Below are positions 8,540 to 17,530 of a stretch of 32,000 nt of DNA, one piece after another. Source of the DNA: Pirellula staleyi DSM 6068 (GTDB taxonomy: Bacteria > Planctomycetota > Planctomycetia > Pirellulales > Pirellulaceae); contig CP001848.1 of assembly GCA_000025185.1 (NCBI GenBank), forward strand, positions 4,680,001 through 4,712,000, written 5' to 3'. Every line of letters begins with the position of its first letter. Position 1 is the stretch's first letter. The translations under genes and the position numbers were made by a program. Under the pieces are notes generated by a model. The model did not search any database. It saw only the letters and a program-made list of their open reading frames with translations, and was not told the DNA's origin.

Positions 8540-9016
8540 TTAATTCTTTAGCAGCAGCACCACACACTGCGACTGAATGGCTTGTTCATGGCCAACAGCA
8601 TCCACCGACTCACCGGTCTTGGCTTTTAGACCAACCTGATTAGTCTCAATGCCAAGAATCGAGGCAACACGCTGGCAGATGATCTGCTTATAAGGACTGA
8701 GTTTTGGTTTTTGAGCGAACACAATACAATCAAGGTTATTAATCTTATAACCGGCCGCTTTTACTTTTTCATAAGCCAGTGAAAGCATCTCCGCCGAGTC
8801 GCGTCCTTTGTTCTCAGCAGCTGTATCGGGGAAGAGTTCGCCGATATCACCGAGCGAAGAGGCTCCTAGAAGCGCGTCGGTGATGGCATGCAGCAACACA
8901 TCGGCATCACTATGGCCGATAGCGTGAGCTGTATGCGGGACATCGATGCCGCCAAGTTTCAATGGTCCGCCGGGACCAAGCCTGTGGGTGTCGTGTCCAA
9001 TGCCAACGCGAAACAT
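8540..9016 (-). CDS. ispF: 2-C-methyl-D-erythritol 2,4-cyclodiphosphate synthase
   Basis: ORF 8540..9166, with the start moved to ATG 9016. This gives MFRVGIGHDTHRLGPGGPLKLGGIDVPHTAHAIGHSDADVLLHAITDALLGA, the canonical IspF N-terminus. The product is 158 aa, typical for IspF. Confidence 0.95.
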   Translation of the reverse strand: MFRVGIGHDTHRLGPGGPLKLGGIDVPHTAHAIGHSDADVLLHAITDALLGASSLGDIGELFPDTAAENKGRDSAEMLSLAYEKVKAAGYKINNLDCIVFAQKPKLSPYKQIICQRVASILGIETNQVGLKAKTGESVDAVGHEQAIQSQCVVLLLKN

Positions 9017-9202
9017 GCGAGGAAATCCGTCTCCAAAAGGATGGAAGCGTAGTCGATAGCGCTGCTGCCATTTCCCTGGAGCACCACGATAGCGACGCCA
9101 GCTTGCCTGACAAAACCGGGGCAAACTGCCTAAACTGAGGAGGGAAATATAGCGAACCTCGCTCAACGGAACAATGCGAGCCGATGAAAGCAGCCGATCC
9201 CG

Positions 9203-10240
9203 ATGAACTTACTACTCCTTGAGACCATCACTGGTGGGGGGATCGCACCCGCCGACCTGCCTGTTTCCCTGCTGCGTGAAGGTGAAGCGATGGTGCAGGC
9301 GATTGCTAGCGACCTGGCGATGACTGCAGGAATTCAGCTAGCAGTCTTTCGAACGCCGATGCTCGGCACTCTCGAGGCCATGGATCGCTCCCTAACTTTG
9401 ATCGAAATCGATTCGCGCGAGACTCTCAAGATGAAGCTTCGCGAACTCGGTGCTGCTGGGGCCTGGCTTTGGCTCATCGCACCGGAGTCCGATGGTGAGC
9501 TCTTGCATTTTGCACGGTTGTTTACCAGCGCCGGTGGTCAGCTCGCCTCGCCACTACCGAGCAGCATTGCGCTGGCTAGTAGTAAGCACGCGACAGCCGA
9601 ACTGCTGCGGTCGCGAGGCATTCCTGCCATTCCCGGCACGCAAGTTTTGCCCGGCGAAACGATCCACTTGCCGCACGCTGGCCCGGTGATGCTCAAACCG
9701 GACGATGGCTGCGGTTCGCAGGGTTTAAGGCTACTCGAAGCCGCTGCAGCGCGCGTGTTTCGTCATCGATCGACGGGTGCACTCCGAGCCGAGCCCCTCT
9801 ACGAAGGAATTGCTGCCAGCGTGGCGGTGATTGCCGGACCTCGCGGTTTGACTCCGCTGGTCCCCTGCACCCAGCAACTCGCAAAGGATGGAAGCTTTGT
9901 CTATTTAGGCGGATCGCTGCCGATTCCCGAAGATCTCAGCAGCCGCGCGCAGCTGCTGGCTCTACGAGCGGTGGAAGCTGTTCCCGAGCCGCGCGGCTAT
10001 TTCGGGGTCGATTTGCTTCTCGATGCCCGTCCCTCTGAGTCAGACCAGCCGCGCGGCGATTATGTCGTCGAGATCAATCCGCGACTCACCACCAGCTACG
10101 TCGGTCTGCGTCATCGTTATCGCACAAATTTGGCAGAAGCGACGCTGCGTGCAGTGGCTGGCGAGCAGATCACTTTAGAAGAGCGCGATGTGCGAGTAGA
10201 ATTCGACAGCTGTGGGCAAGTCTCGATCCAAGAGGTGTGA
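9203..10240 (+). CDS. ATP-grasp enzyme, COG1821-like (MfnD / tyramine-glutamate ligase-like)
   Basis: ORF track. The N-terminus LLLETITGGGI...SLLREGEAMVQAIASDL and the C-terminal ATP-grasp segments (VMLKPDDGCGSQGL, YFGVDLLL, YVVEINPRLTTSY) fit the pattern. It is the first gene of a tight three-gene + strand operon. Confidence 0.7.
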   Translation: MNLLLLETITGGGIAPADLPVSLLREGEAMVQAIASDLAMTAGIQLAVFRTPMLGTLEAMDRSLTLIEIDSRETLKMKLRELGAAGAWLWLIAPESDGELLHFARLFTSAGGQLASPLPSSIALASSKHATAELLRSRGIPAIPGTQVLPGETIHLPHAGPVMLKPDDGCGSQGLRLLEAAAARVFRHRSTGALRAEPLYEGIAASVAVIAGPRGLTPLVPCTQQLAKDGSFVYLGGSLPIPEDLSSRAQLLALRAVEAVPEPRGYFGVDLLLDARPSESDQPRGDYVVEINPRLTTSYVGLRHRYRTNLAEATLRAVAGEQITLEERDVRVEFDSCGQVSIQEV

Positions 10241-10299
10241 TGCGAAACTGAGGTCGAATCGGCGGCGAGCCGCGCCGATCGTTGCAGGAAACTCGTCGT

Positions 10300-11313
10300 A
10301 TGAGATGGCTGGCGATTGATATTGGGGGCGCGAACCTAAAATTGGCCGATGGCCTGGGCTTTGCCGAGAGCTTCGCCTTTCCGCTCTGGAAAGACTCTGC
10401 CCGTTTGGCTCAACATTTGCGCACGCTGATTTCGCAAGCTCCAGCGTCGGACCACTTAGCGGTGACGATGACCGGCGAGCTAGCCGACTGCTTTGCCACC
10501 AAAGCCGACGGTGTGCGATTCATTCTGAACGCCGTGAGCGAAGGGACCGACAATCGGCACACGCGTGTTTATTTGGTCGACGGTCGGATTGTTTCGCCGC
10601 AGGTCGCCATCACCGTTCCCAAACTCGCTGCGGCATCGAACTGGCATGTCCTGGCGCGCTGGGCGGGCCGTAAAGCGCCAAGCGGAAGCGCACTGCTCGT
10701 CGATGTCGGCAGTACCACCTGCGATATCGTTCCGCTCGTGGATGGTGTTCCCGCCGCCGTCGGAACAACCGATACGCAGCGTTTGCTCTCCGGATCGCTG
10801 GTCTATACCGGGGTCGAGCGTAGTCCGGTCTGCGCGGTTGCTCAGAGCGCGGTCTATCGCGGTAGCAAGTGTCCGCTGACCCAAGAGTTGTTCGCCACGA
10901 CGCGTGATGTCTACCTGCTTCTCGAAAAACTCCCCGAGGATGCCGTCGACCTGAATACCGCGGATGGACGTCCCGCAACGCGATCCTTTGCGAGAAATCG
11001 CCTGGCCCGCATGGTGGCGGCTGACTCCGAAGAGTTCAATCACCGCGACGCTGTGGAACTGGCGCAGTCGATTGCCGAATCGCAGTCGGTGATGATCGCG
11101 CGATCGATTTTGAAAGTCGTCAGCACGATGAGCGCACCGCCCGAAAAAATCATCGTCTCGGGGCATGGCGATTTCCTGGCGCGACAGGCGATTCATCTGG
11201 CCAATCTCACCGCGCCGCAGATTTCGCTGACCGAGGAACTGACGCCTCGTGTTTCGCGATGTGCCACCGCTCATGCGCTAGCGATCATCACGCGCGAACT
11301 GAGCATGAAATGA
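10300..11313 (+). CDS. Hydantoinase-A/actin-fold ATPase-like protein (H4MPT-linked C1 pathway protein / MfnF-like)
   Basis: ORF 10282..11313 begins at a TTG. I prefer ATG 10300, which has AGGAA at 10285-10289. The protein reads MRWLAIDIGGANLKLA...LAVTMTGELADCF...LLVDVGSTTCDIVPLVDG...LVYTGVERSPVCAV, which are hydantoinase/BadF-type ATPase motifs. Confidence 0.7.
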   Translation: MRWLAIDIGGANLKLADGLGFAESFAFPLWKDSARLAQHLRTLISQAPASDHLAVTMTGELADCFATKADGVRFILNAVSEGTDNRHTRVYLVDGRIVSPQVAITVPKLAAASNWHVLARWAGRKAPSGSALLVDVGSTTCDIVPLVDGVPAAVGTTDTQRLLSGSLVYTGVERSPVCAVAQSAVYRGSKCPLTQELFATTRDVYLLLEKLPEDAVDLNTADGRPATRSFARNRLARMVAADSEEFNHRDAVELAQSIAESQSVMIARSILKVVSTMSAPPEKIIVSGHGDFLARQAIHLANLTAPQISLTEELTPRVSRCATAHALAIITRELSMK

Positions 11314-11927
11314 TCCCGCGTAAACGCTCCCTGGCGATTGTGAAACTCGGCGGGAGCTTGCTCGATTGGCCAGGATTGTGCGGCGCGCTCGAGCAATTCC
11401 TGGCCGAGTTCTCTGTCAGTCACTCCCATCTGCTGATCGTCATCGGCGGAGGGAAGCTGGCCGATGCGATTCGCGATGCCGACGCCGTGCATCAGCTGGG
11501 CGATCATGCGAGTCATGCGCTGGCGATTCGCGCGATGCAATTGTCGGCGCTGATCGTGCAGCAAATCATTCGGCCTCGTGCGCAGGTCTTACATCTTGTC
11601 AGCGAACTCGACTCTTGGCTCGCGCAACCCGCGACTGAAACTGCCTGGATCGCGATCCTCGATCCGCTCGAGTTCCTCGAGCATCACGAACCGCAGATGC
11701 CGGGGGCAGTTTTGCCAGCCTCGTGGGACGTGACGAGCGATTCGATCGCCGCGCGCTTGGCTCAAGTCCTGAAGGCGAGCGAACTCGTTCTCCTAAAATC
11801 GGTCGATGCACCGTCGCGCGATGCCGATGAGCTTGCGAAACTCGCGATCGTCGACAATTTTTTTTCCGAGATCGCGAGGAGTATTGCGTGGCGGATCGTG
11901 AACTTACGAACATTCGGCGCGAGGTAG
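11310..11927 (+). CDS. Amino-acid (Asp/Glu/uridylate) kinase family protein (MfnE-like)
   Basis: ORF 11259..11927, with the start moved to ATG 11310. That ATG overlaps the upstream TGA as ATGA. The protein reads MIPRKRSLAIVKLGGSLLDWPGL...LLIVIGGGKLADAIR...DVTSDSIAARLA...LVLLKSVD, the kinase-fold pattern. Confidence 0.7.
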   Translation: MIPRKRSLAIVKLGGSLLDWPGLCGALEQFLAEFSVSHSHLLIVIGGGKLADAIRDADAVHQLGDHASHALAIRAMQLSALIVQQIIRPRAQVLHLVSELDSWLAQPATETAWIAILDPLEFLEHHEPQMPGAVLPASWDVTSDSIAARLAQVLKASELVLLKSVDAPSRDADELAKLAIVDNFFSEIARSIAWRIVNLRTFGAR

Positions 11928-11960
11928 CCAGCAGAGACTCCAGTACCGCGGCGAGAGCAA

Positions 11961-12003
11961 GAAAACAAAAAAGCCGACTGCAAGAGGGCTCTCGCAGTCG
12001 GCT
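11961..12003 (-). terminator. Rho-independent terminator downstream of the 12039..13448 gene
   Basis: A 10-bp GC-rich stem pairs agccgactgc (11972-11981) with gcagtcggct (11994-12003). On the minus strand it is followed by TTTTTGTTTTC (complement of 11961-11971). It lies 36 nt after the stop of the minus-strand gene and 45 nt after the stop of the + strand kinase-like gene. Confidence 0.7.
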
Positions 12004-12038
12004 CGATGATTATCGTTTCAGTTTCAGCGCGTCAGGTG

Positions 12039-13448
12039 CTAGTTCCACCAGATCGAGTTGCCAGCTGGGGCAGCGGTCGAGTGAACCTTCTTCACTTCGG
12101 CGCTGATTTCCGACTTCTCGCAAGCTTGCCAGCTGCTGATTTCGACACCGCCCGAAGCGGTGATTACGAACTCGCGACCACGCTTCACGAAGCTGCACTG
12201 CGTGTCGATTGTCTTGGCGGCACTGAACTCTTGGATGGCGAGATTGTTGTCTTCGCCCAGGAGCGTTGGAATCTTGAGGTTGGCTTTTTCGAGCAAACCT
12301 TCTTTAGCGATGAGGGCAGCAACAACGCACAGGTCCATCGCGTTCCGGAGATCGCCAAACACAGGGTCGGCCACCGAGAGTTCTTCGTACTTCTCGGTCA
12401 TCTTATCGGCCCATTTCTGAGCGATTGGGTTCACTTTGCCGGTACCGGTCACGCTGCCATCGTCGCCGATGAATTCGTCTTCGGTCATCACCTTCACACC
12501 ACGACCACGAATCTGCCAGGCCAAACCATCTTCGCTCTTGGCGAGTGGTTCGTAGTCGGTGGCAATCCACCAGCGTGGCATCATGTTGTCGAGGCCACCC
12601 TTCATCATGTCGAGGAAGCTGGGGAGACCAGCAACGGGGGAAGCGTCGAGCTTCATCGCAATACGTTTCATTTTGAAATCGCTGGCGACCAGCGTGCGAG
12701 CAAAGCGGCTGGTAGCAGGGACACCAGTGACGGTGACTTGCTGTGGACCGAGAGCCTTTTCGATCCCATCGAGCACACCGGGGCCAAACTGACGGACCGA
12801 GCCGAGCAGCTGATCGAGACGTTGACGTCCTTCAGCTGTGGGATCGATCGAGCAGGTGATGCCACCTTGGCGAGCATTATCGACGGTGCGGAGTGCTACG
12901 ACAAAATCTTCGAGACGAACGACAGGGCGACCGGTCGTCACGCCGACGTAGTTGGCGTTGTCGTCGACCTTCCAGCCTTCGCCAGGACCGACGAGCACAA
13001 TGTCGCCGAGTTCGGGATAGACCAGGATGTATTCCACGCGCTGAAGTCCCGCCATGAAGCGGATGTCTTCCGACTGATTGACCGAGAGGTTCTTGCCCGA
13101 GGCTTTCACCGCAGCTTCGAGCTGCTTGAGCGAGACCTTACGCATTTCGGTAGGCTTGTTGAGCTCCGCTGGAATCTTCATCAGATTCTCGCGGTAGTAG
13201 TCTCGCAGTCCGATGCGATTGACTTCGACCTGCTTGTTCACAACACCTTCGGGCGAGATGGAGATACCACCGACCGCGTTGTTGTTGTTGTTATTGTTGT
13301 TGTGACCAGCCAGGCAGACAGTTGCCAAAGCCAGCACCGCCAGAGCGGAAGCAAAAAGTGGCGAGCGGTAGACATAGCCACCGAATCCGGCCAGCTTCGC
13401 GGCACAAAGTCGCAACATAAGCAAACTCCTTGGGTCGAAGCCCGGCAT
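12039..13448 (-). CDS. Secreted conserved hypothetical protein with a poly-Asn tract after the signal peptide (possibly a DUF1598-type planctomycete protein, from memory only)
   Basis: ORF track. It has a signal peptide (LFASALAVLALATVCLAG) followed by HNNNNNNNN, and the rest of the protein has a balanced, globular-looking composition. The opposite-strand ORF 12006..13481 has an H/V/F/G-rich antisense-type composition. The start could instead be the ATG at 13418. Confidence 0.8.
   Translation of the reverse strand: MPGFDPRSLLMLRLCAAKLAGFGGYVYRSPLFASALAVLALATVCLAGHNNNNNNNNAVGGISISPEGVVNKQVEVNRIGLRDYYRENLMKIPAELNKPTEMRKVSLKQLEAAVKASGKNLSVNQSEDIRFMAGLQRVEYILVYPELGDIVLVGPGEGWKVDDNANYVGVTTGRPVVRLEDFVVALRTVDNARQGGITCSIDPTAEGRQRLDQLLGSVRQFGPGVLDGIEKALGPQQVTVTGVPATSRFARTLVASDFKMKRIAMKLDASPVAGLPSFLDMMKGGLDNMMPRWWIATDYEPLAKSEDGLAWQIRGRGVKVMTEDEFIGDDGSVTGTGKVNPIAQKWADKMTEKYEELSVADPVFGDLRNAMDLCVVAALIAKEGLLEKANLKIPTLLGEDNNLAIQEFSAAKTIDTQCSFVKRGREFVITASGGVEISSWQACEKSEISAEVKKVHSTAAPAGNSIWWN
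13278..13301 (-). repeat. Trinucleotide microsatellite (GTT)5-ATT-(GTT)2 encoding Asn8
   Basis: The + strand reads gttgttgttgttgttattgttgtt. On the minus strand this is AAC/AAT x8, matching the NNNNNNNN in the ORF translation. Confidence 0.9.
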
Positions 13449-13864
13449 TTCGTTCTACGCAAGTCACTCGCCAGCCTCTAACTCTGTTCCGCGACCAGCC
13501 GATGGCGCAGAAGAGGCAAGTGAAATAGAAGAAACGATTGCCCGACCGGGCTTGGAAGATATGTCTATAAAATAACTACACATCCTGTCGGTTGCAAGAA
13601 AAACTGCCCTGATCCGTCTGGCTTCTGCCATTATCGCGACTCTTGTGACCGTCCCACCACCCTAGAAGGTGTTTGATCGCTACGATCCGCTCTGGTCAGC
13701 ACTTGCAGCGGCGGGTCAGGCGGAAGTAAGGTAGGTGATAGCGCGGCGATCCTCCCACCTGATGCGGGGAACGATCTAGCGATTCTTCCGATTCTGCGGC
13801 CTTTTGCGAGAAGGTGCGGCAGAACGCTCTTCTCCTCGACATCTCGCAGGAACCTGGCTGGTCG

Positions 13865-15898
13865 ATGCTCGCCTATCTGGTCATTCGCGAAGGATCGAAA
13901 TGGACCGACGTCTTCCGCCTTGTGCCGGGACGTACGGTGACGGTCGGTCGCGCCTCGACCAATCAGATCGTGGTGAAAGATGACCGGGCCAGTCGCAACC
14001 ATGTTGAAATCTTCTTAACCCGCGGCCAGTGGACCTTGCGCGACCTCGACAGTCGCAACGGCACGTTCGTGGGTGATAAGCAGATCCGTGGCGACTACGA
14101 ACTTTCTCCGGGCGAAGTGATTCGCATTGCGTCGTGTCAGCTGGCGTATGTTCACGATTTGTCAAAAGCCTTTCCTGAATCGGGAAGTGCTCCACCCAGC
14201 GCGCTGCTGGGAGATGAAACGCATGCTGCGGCGCTGGTGCCTGATACGGGCGAGCTCAACGACAGCGGTACGCTGAGCACGCAAGATGAGCCGACACACA
14301 TTACGCATCGACGTGGCCAGGCACGCTTGCTGGGACCAGCGGCAACCGACTCGCCGGCGCCCCGTTTGGGGCAAGCAGCAACGCGGCTTTGTCGCTTGGC
14401 GTTTGAACTGGCCAGTCAGCCCGACCTGGCGGCGGTGGCCCATCTGGCGCTGAGCGGACTTTTCGAGAGCACTCAAGTCGACGCCGGTGGCGTGTGGCTG
14501 CTGCCGCGCGGCAACGCCTCGAACTCGGCCGCTGATCTGTCGCTTGTCGCCTCACGAACCGATCGTTTGCCGAGTTATCATCGGCTCAGCGCGTTTCTGG
14601 CAGCGACCGTGCTGCGCGATGGGGAAGCGGTTCTGGCGCGGAACATCGAAGGAGATAGTCAGCTCGCCAGTCGCGACAGTAAAGGTGAATTTCACACGAC
14701 CAGCGTGCTCTGTGCGCCGATTCGCCTCGAGAAAAAGGTGGTCGGGATGATTCATCTCTATTCCACCGACTCGGCGCGGGTGCCTGATCCCGATGATTTG
14801 GAGTTCACGCTGGCGGTGGCCGACAACGTGGCGCTGGCCGTTCGCAACCTGCACAGGCAGCAAGAACTCGCGGAAAATCTGCTGCAAACACGCACCGAAG
14901 TACAACAACTGCGCAAGCAACTGGGGGCCGAGAGCGAACTGGTTGGCAGCAGCGAAGTGCTGAGTAGTGTGCAGCGCCAAATTGCCCGCGCGGCACCGAG
15001 TCGCGCGACGGTTTTGATACGTGGCGAGAGTGGCGTGGGGAAGGAATTGGTGGCACGCGCGGTGCATTATTCGAGTCCTCGAAAGCGGGGGCCGTTTGTC
15101 TGCTTGAACTGCGCGGCCCTTAGCGAATCGCTTCTCGAAAGTGAACTGTTTGGTCACGAAAAAGGGGCCTTCACCGGCGCTACCGATCGGAAGATTGGGA
15201 AGTTTGAATCGGCGCATCAGGGAACACTGATGCTCGACGAAATTGGCGAAATGAGCCCCTCGATTCAAGCCAAGTTTTTGCGTGTTCTCGAAGGGCATCC
15301 GTTTGAGCGCGTGGGCGGAAGTCAGCCGATCAAAGTGGATGTGCGCGTGATTGCGGCCACCAATCGCGACCTCGAAAAAGCGGTGGCTGAAGGAGCGTTT
15401 CGGCGCGACCTCTATTTCCGGCTCAACGTCGTCGAGATTCAGGTGCCGCCTCTTCGCAAACGTCCCGAAGATATCATCGAGCTGGCCCATTTTTTTCTCC
15501 AGCGTTTCAATGCCGAAACGGGACGAAAGCTGCGTGGCTTTTCGCCCGCTGCCACCGAACGTTTGCAGCAGTATCGTTGGCCCGGCAATGTGCGTGAACT
15601 AAAGAACGTGATTGAGCGCGCAGTGGTGCTTTCGCGCGGCGATGTGGTCGAGCCCGAAGATTTGCATCTCTCGAATCTCGCCACCGCGAGTGAATCGGGG
15701 GACAATCCATCCCCCAAAACCTCCTTCGTTCCGATGTCGCTCGACGATATCGAAAAACGCCATATTTTGGCGACGCTCAAAGCGACCAACTGGCACAAGA
15801 GCCGCGCTGCTGCGATTTTGGGAGTCGAACGTTCGACGCTCGATCGCAAAATTCGTCGCTACGAACTCAACGAGCCGGGCGGACTTGGGGACGACTAA
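13865..15898 (+). CDS. Sigma54-dependent transcriptional activator with FHA and GAF sensor domains and a Fis-type HTH
   Basis: ORF 13814..15898, with the start moved to ATG 13865 ([10 protein letters not shown]). Four domains are readable. FHA: [26 protein letters not shown]...[15 protein letters not shown]: [24 protein letters not shown]+ sigma54 interaction domain: [54 protein letters not shown]: [21 protein letters not shown]. Confidence 0.93.
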   Translation: MLAYLVIREGSKWTDVFRLVPGRTVTVGRASTNQIVVKDDRASRNHVEIFLTRGQWTLRDLDSRNGTFVGDKQIRGDYELSPGEVIRIASCQLAYVHDLSKAFPESGSAPPSALLGDETHAAALVPDTGELNDSGTLSTQDEPTHITHRRGQARLLGPAATDSPAPRLGQAATRLCRLAFELASQPDLAAVAHLALSGLFESTQVDAGGVWLLPRGNASNSAADLSLVASRTDRLPSYHRLSAFLAATVLRDGEAVLARNIEGDSQLASRDSKGEFHTTSVLCAPIRLEKKVVGMIHLYSTDSARVPDPDDLEFTLAVADNVALAVRNLHRQQELAENLLQTRTEVQQLRKQLGAESELVGSSEVLSSVQRQIARAAPSRATVLIRGESGVGKELVARAVHYSSPRKRGPFVCLNCAALSESLLESELFGHEKGAFTGATDRKIGKFESAHQGTLMLDEIGEMSPSIQAKFLRVLEGHPFERVGGSQPIKVDVRVIAATNRDLEKAVAEGAFRRDLYFRLNVVEIQVPPLRKRPEDIIELAHFFLQRFNAETGRKLRGFSPAATERLQQYRWPGNVRELKNVIERAVVLSRGDVVEPEDLHLSNLATASESGDNPSPKTSFVPMSLDDIEKRHILATLKATNWHKSRAAAILGVERSTLDRKIRRYELNEPGGLGDD

Positions 15899-16222
15899 AG
15901 CCCACCGCGAGGACGAGCGCGGTGCGGCGGATCATCACACCGTCATTCACCCATCTAGCGGATAGCAAACAAGAGAACCGCGATCTAACCCGCCAGGGTG
16001 GCTGCCCGTTTTCGCACAGCGGTTCGTGCCAGCGGAACCAGCCGCAAGGTTTCGTTTATCGAAACGCTCCGCAAAGTCGTTTCGCTTTTCTTGGGGCTCT
16101 AGGCGAATCGACTGAACTGATTCCGCACGGTCGAGCGATAGAAGATCGATGAATCGCCACTGTTCTGCCGGCCGTGGCGTAGGGGAATCTAGGCCCGCAC
16201 CTTTAGCCGCCGGACTTACTCG

Positions 16223-16744
16223 ATGTCGACCGCCACTGCCGTTTCGCCCACGTCGTTTGCCGATGCGCACCTCAGCCGAGCGGTGATTTCGTCGGTCGAA
16301 AATGCGCTCAGCATGTGCGGCGCAAGTGCCCGCTGTGTCGGACTTTCGATCGTACCGGGACGCGACAGTGGAAAAGTCACGGGACTCATCGGCGTACATG
16401 GCCGTGTCTCGGGATTCATTACCGTGGCGATGGCCGAACGGGTCGCGATCCACACGGTGGAAGGGCTGCTGCAAGATCGCTACGGAGCACTCACGCCGCA
16501 GGTGGTCGATGGAGCAGGGGAGATCACCAACATTATTGTCGGTGGCATCAAAAGCTCACTCGCTGGCACTCCCTGGGCGTTTTCGCAAATCACCGTGCCG
16601 TCGGTCATCATTGGTGGCGGCTATCAAATCGCTTACGCCAAGGGACTCGAGTTCCTGTGCGCCACGTTCGAGCATGCCGACGAACATGCCATCATGCTCG
16701 AGGACCGCATCTTGCAGGTAAGCATTTCGCTCCTGCGGCTGTAA
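16223..16744 (+). CDS. CheX-like (CheC/CheX family) chemotaxis phosphatase domain protein
   Basis: ORF track. VTGLIGVHGRVSGFITVAM...VVDGAGEITNIIVGGIKSSL...QITVPSVIIGGG fits the CheX pattern of a GE(l/i)xN(m/i)i.G core followed by P.vi.G. All three + frames are open here, and only this frame gives a recognisable protein. Confidence 0.7.
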   Translation: MSTATAVSPTSFADAHLSRAVISSVENALSMCGASARCVGLSIVPGRDSGKVTGLIGVHGRVSGFITVAMAERVAIHTVEGLLQDRYGALTPQVVDGAGEITNIIVGGIKSSLAGTPWAFSQITVPSVIIGGGYQIAYAKGLEFLCATFEHADEHAIMLEDRILQVSISLLRL

Positions 16745-16750
16745 CGCGCC

Positions 16751-17458
16751 TCAAGACTTCGTGCGATCTGTTGCAGGCGTGTCGTGACGGCGATATTCGG
16801 CAGCGAGCTTCGCGGCAGAAGTGCCGAGGCGATAGCGAGCCAGTAGCGACCAGTTCTTCAGCGTGCGACGCACAATACCATCGCGCTCCCACCGCCGGGG
16901 ACTGATGCGCACAACATGCGGGAGCAAGACGGGCCAACTGATTTGTCGCGCTCGCGTGGAAAGCTCGACATCTTCCATCAGGGGAAGTTCGGCAAAGCCC
17001 CCGAGTTCGTCGAAGAAATCACGGCGCATGAACAGCGCTTGATCGCCGTATAGCAGGCCTCGATAACGGGCTCGCAGCGCATTGCCACGTTCGATCAAGC
17101 GATAGGCCCAGCGGGGCGAATCGATTCGCTGCCTCAGCCCGCCATGCCGAAAATGGGGCTGATCAAACAGCGTCGCAAGCGGTGGGAGCGAAGGCTCGAT
17201 CAGCAGTTGGCTGTCGGCATGTAAGAACAGCAGCATCGGTTCGGACGCGAGCTGGGCCCCAGCATTTTGCTGCCGAGCGCGACCGGGACAGGACTCCACG
17301 ACAAGAGCCCCCAGCGACGAAGCGATGGTGCGAGTTTCGTCGCTGCTGCCACCATCGGCGACAATCACCTCCGACGCACCTGCCTGGTGCGCGGACTCGA
17401 TAGCAGCACGAATGTGGCCCTGCTCATTGATGGCAGGAATGATGACCGACCAGCGCAT
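16751..17458 (-). CDS. Family 2 glycosyltransferase
   Basis: ORF 16751..17488. Starting at ATG 17458 gives MRWSVIIPAINEQGHIRAAIESAHQAGASEVIVADGGSSDETRTIA, the GT2 N-terminal nucleotide-sugar binding pattern with a later DxD-like LHADS. ATG 17488 remains possible. Confidence 0.85.
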   Translation of the reverse strand: MRWSVIIPAINEQGHIRAAIESAHQAGASEVIVADGGSSDETRTIASSLGALVVESCPGRARQQNAGAQLASEPMLLFLHADSQLLIEPSLPPLATLFDQPHFRHGGLRQRIDSPRWAYRLIERGNALRARYRGLLYGDQALFMRRDFFDELGGFAELPLMEDVELSTRARQISWPVLLPHVVRISPRRWERDGIVRRTLKNWSLLARYRLGTSAAKLAAEYRRHDTPATDRTKS

Positions 17459-17530
17459 GTGGGTTTGAGATCCCCAGGTAACGACCATGAAGCATGTCGC
17501 TACCCATCGTAGCCGATCGCGCGGACCGAT

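Noticed and set aside
8540-9166. The long versions of several track ORFs: ispF from 9166, thioredoxin from 18229, the secreted protein from 24601, the TPR protein from 29696 and the activator from 13814.
   Set aside because: The N-terminal extensions are not protein-like. Internal ATGs give canonical N-termini or signal peptides, so I trimmed the starts.
12006-13481. + strand 491-aa ORF opposite the secreted protein gene.
   Set aside because: Its composition is H/V/F/G-rich and unnatural, and it has no signal or motif. The minus frame has a signal peptide, balanced composition and a canonical downstream terminator.
13592-13609. Sigma54-like element on the minus strand (GGGCAG-TTTTTC-TTGCA) about 150 bp upstream of the 13448 gene.
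   Set aside because: The GG to GC spacing is N11, not the strictly conserved N10, so it is not a canonical -24/-12 promoter. I mention it only as a near miss under the activator finding.
15999-16016. TGGCTG-N5-TTTCGCA upstream of the CheX-like gene.
   Set aside because: The -12 element reads TTTC instead of TTGC, so the invariant GC is lost at the correct spacing. The evidence is too weak to call a sigma54 promoter.
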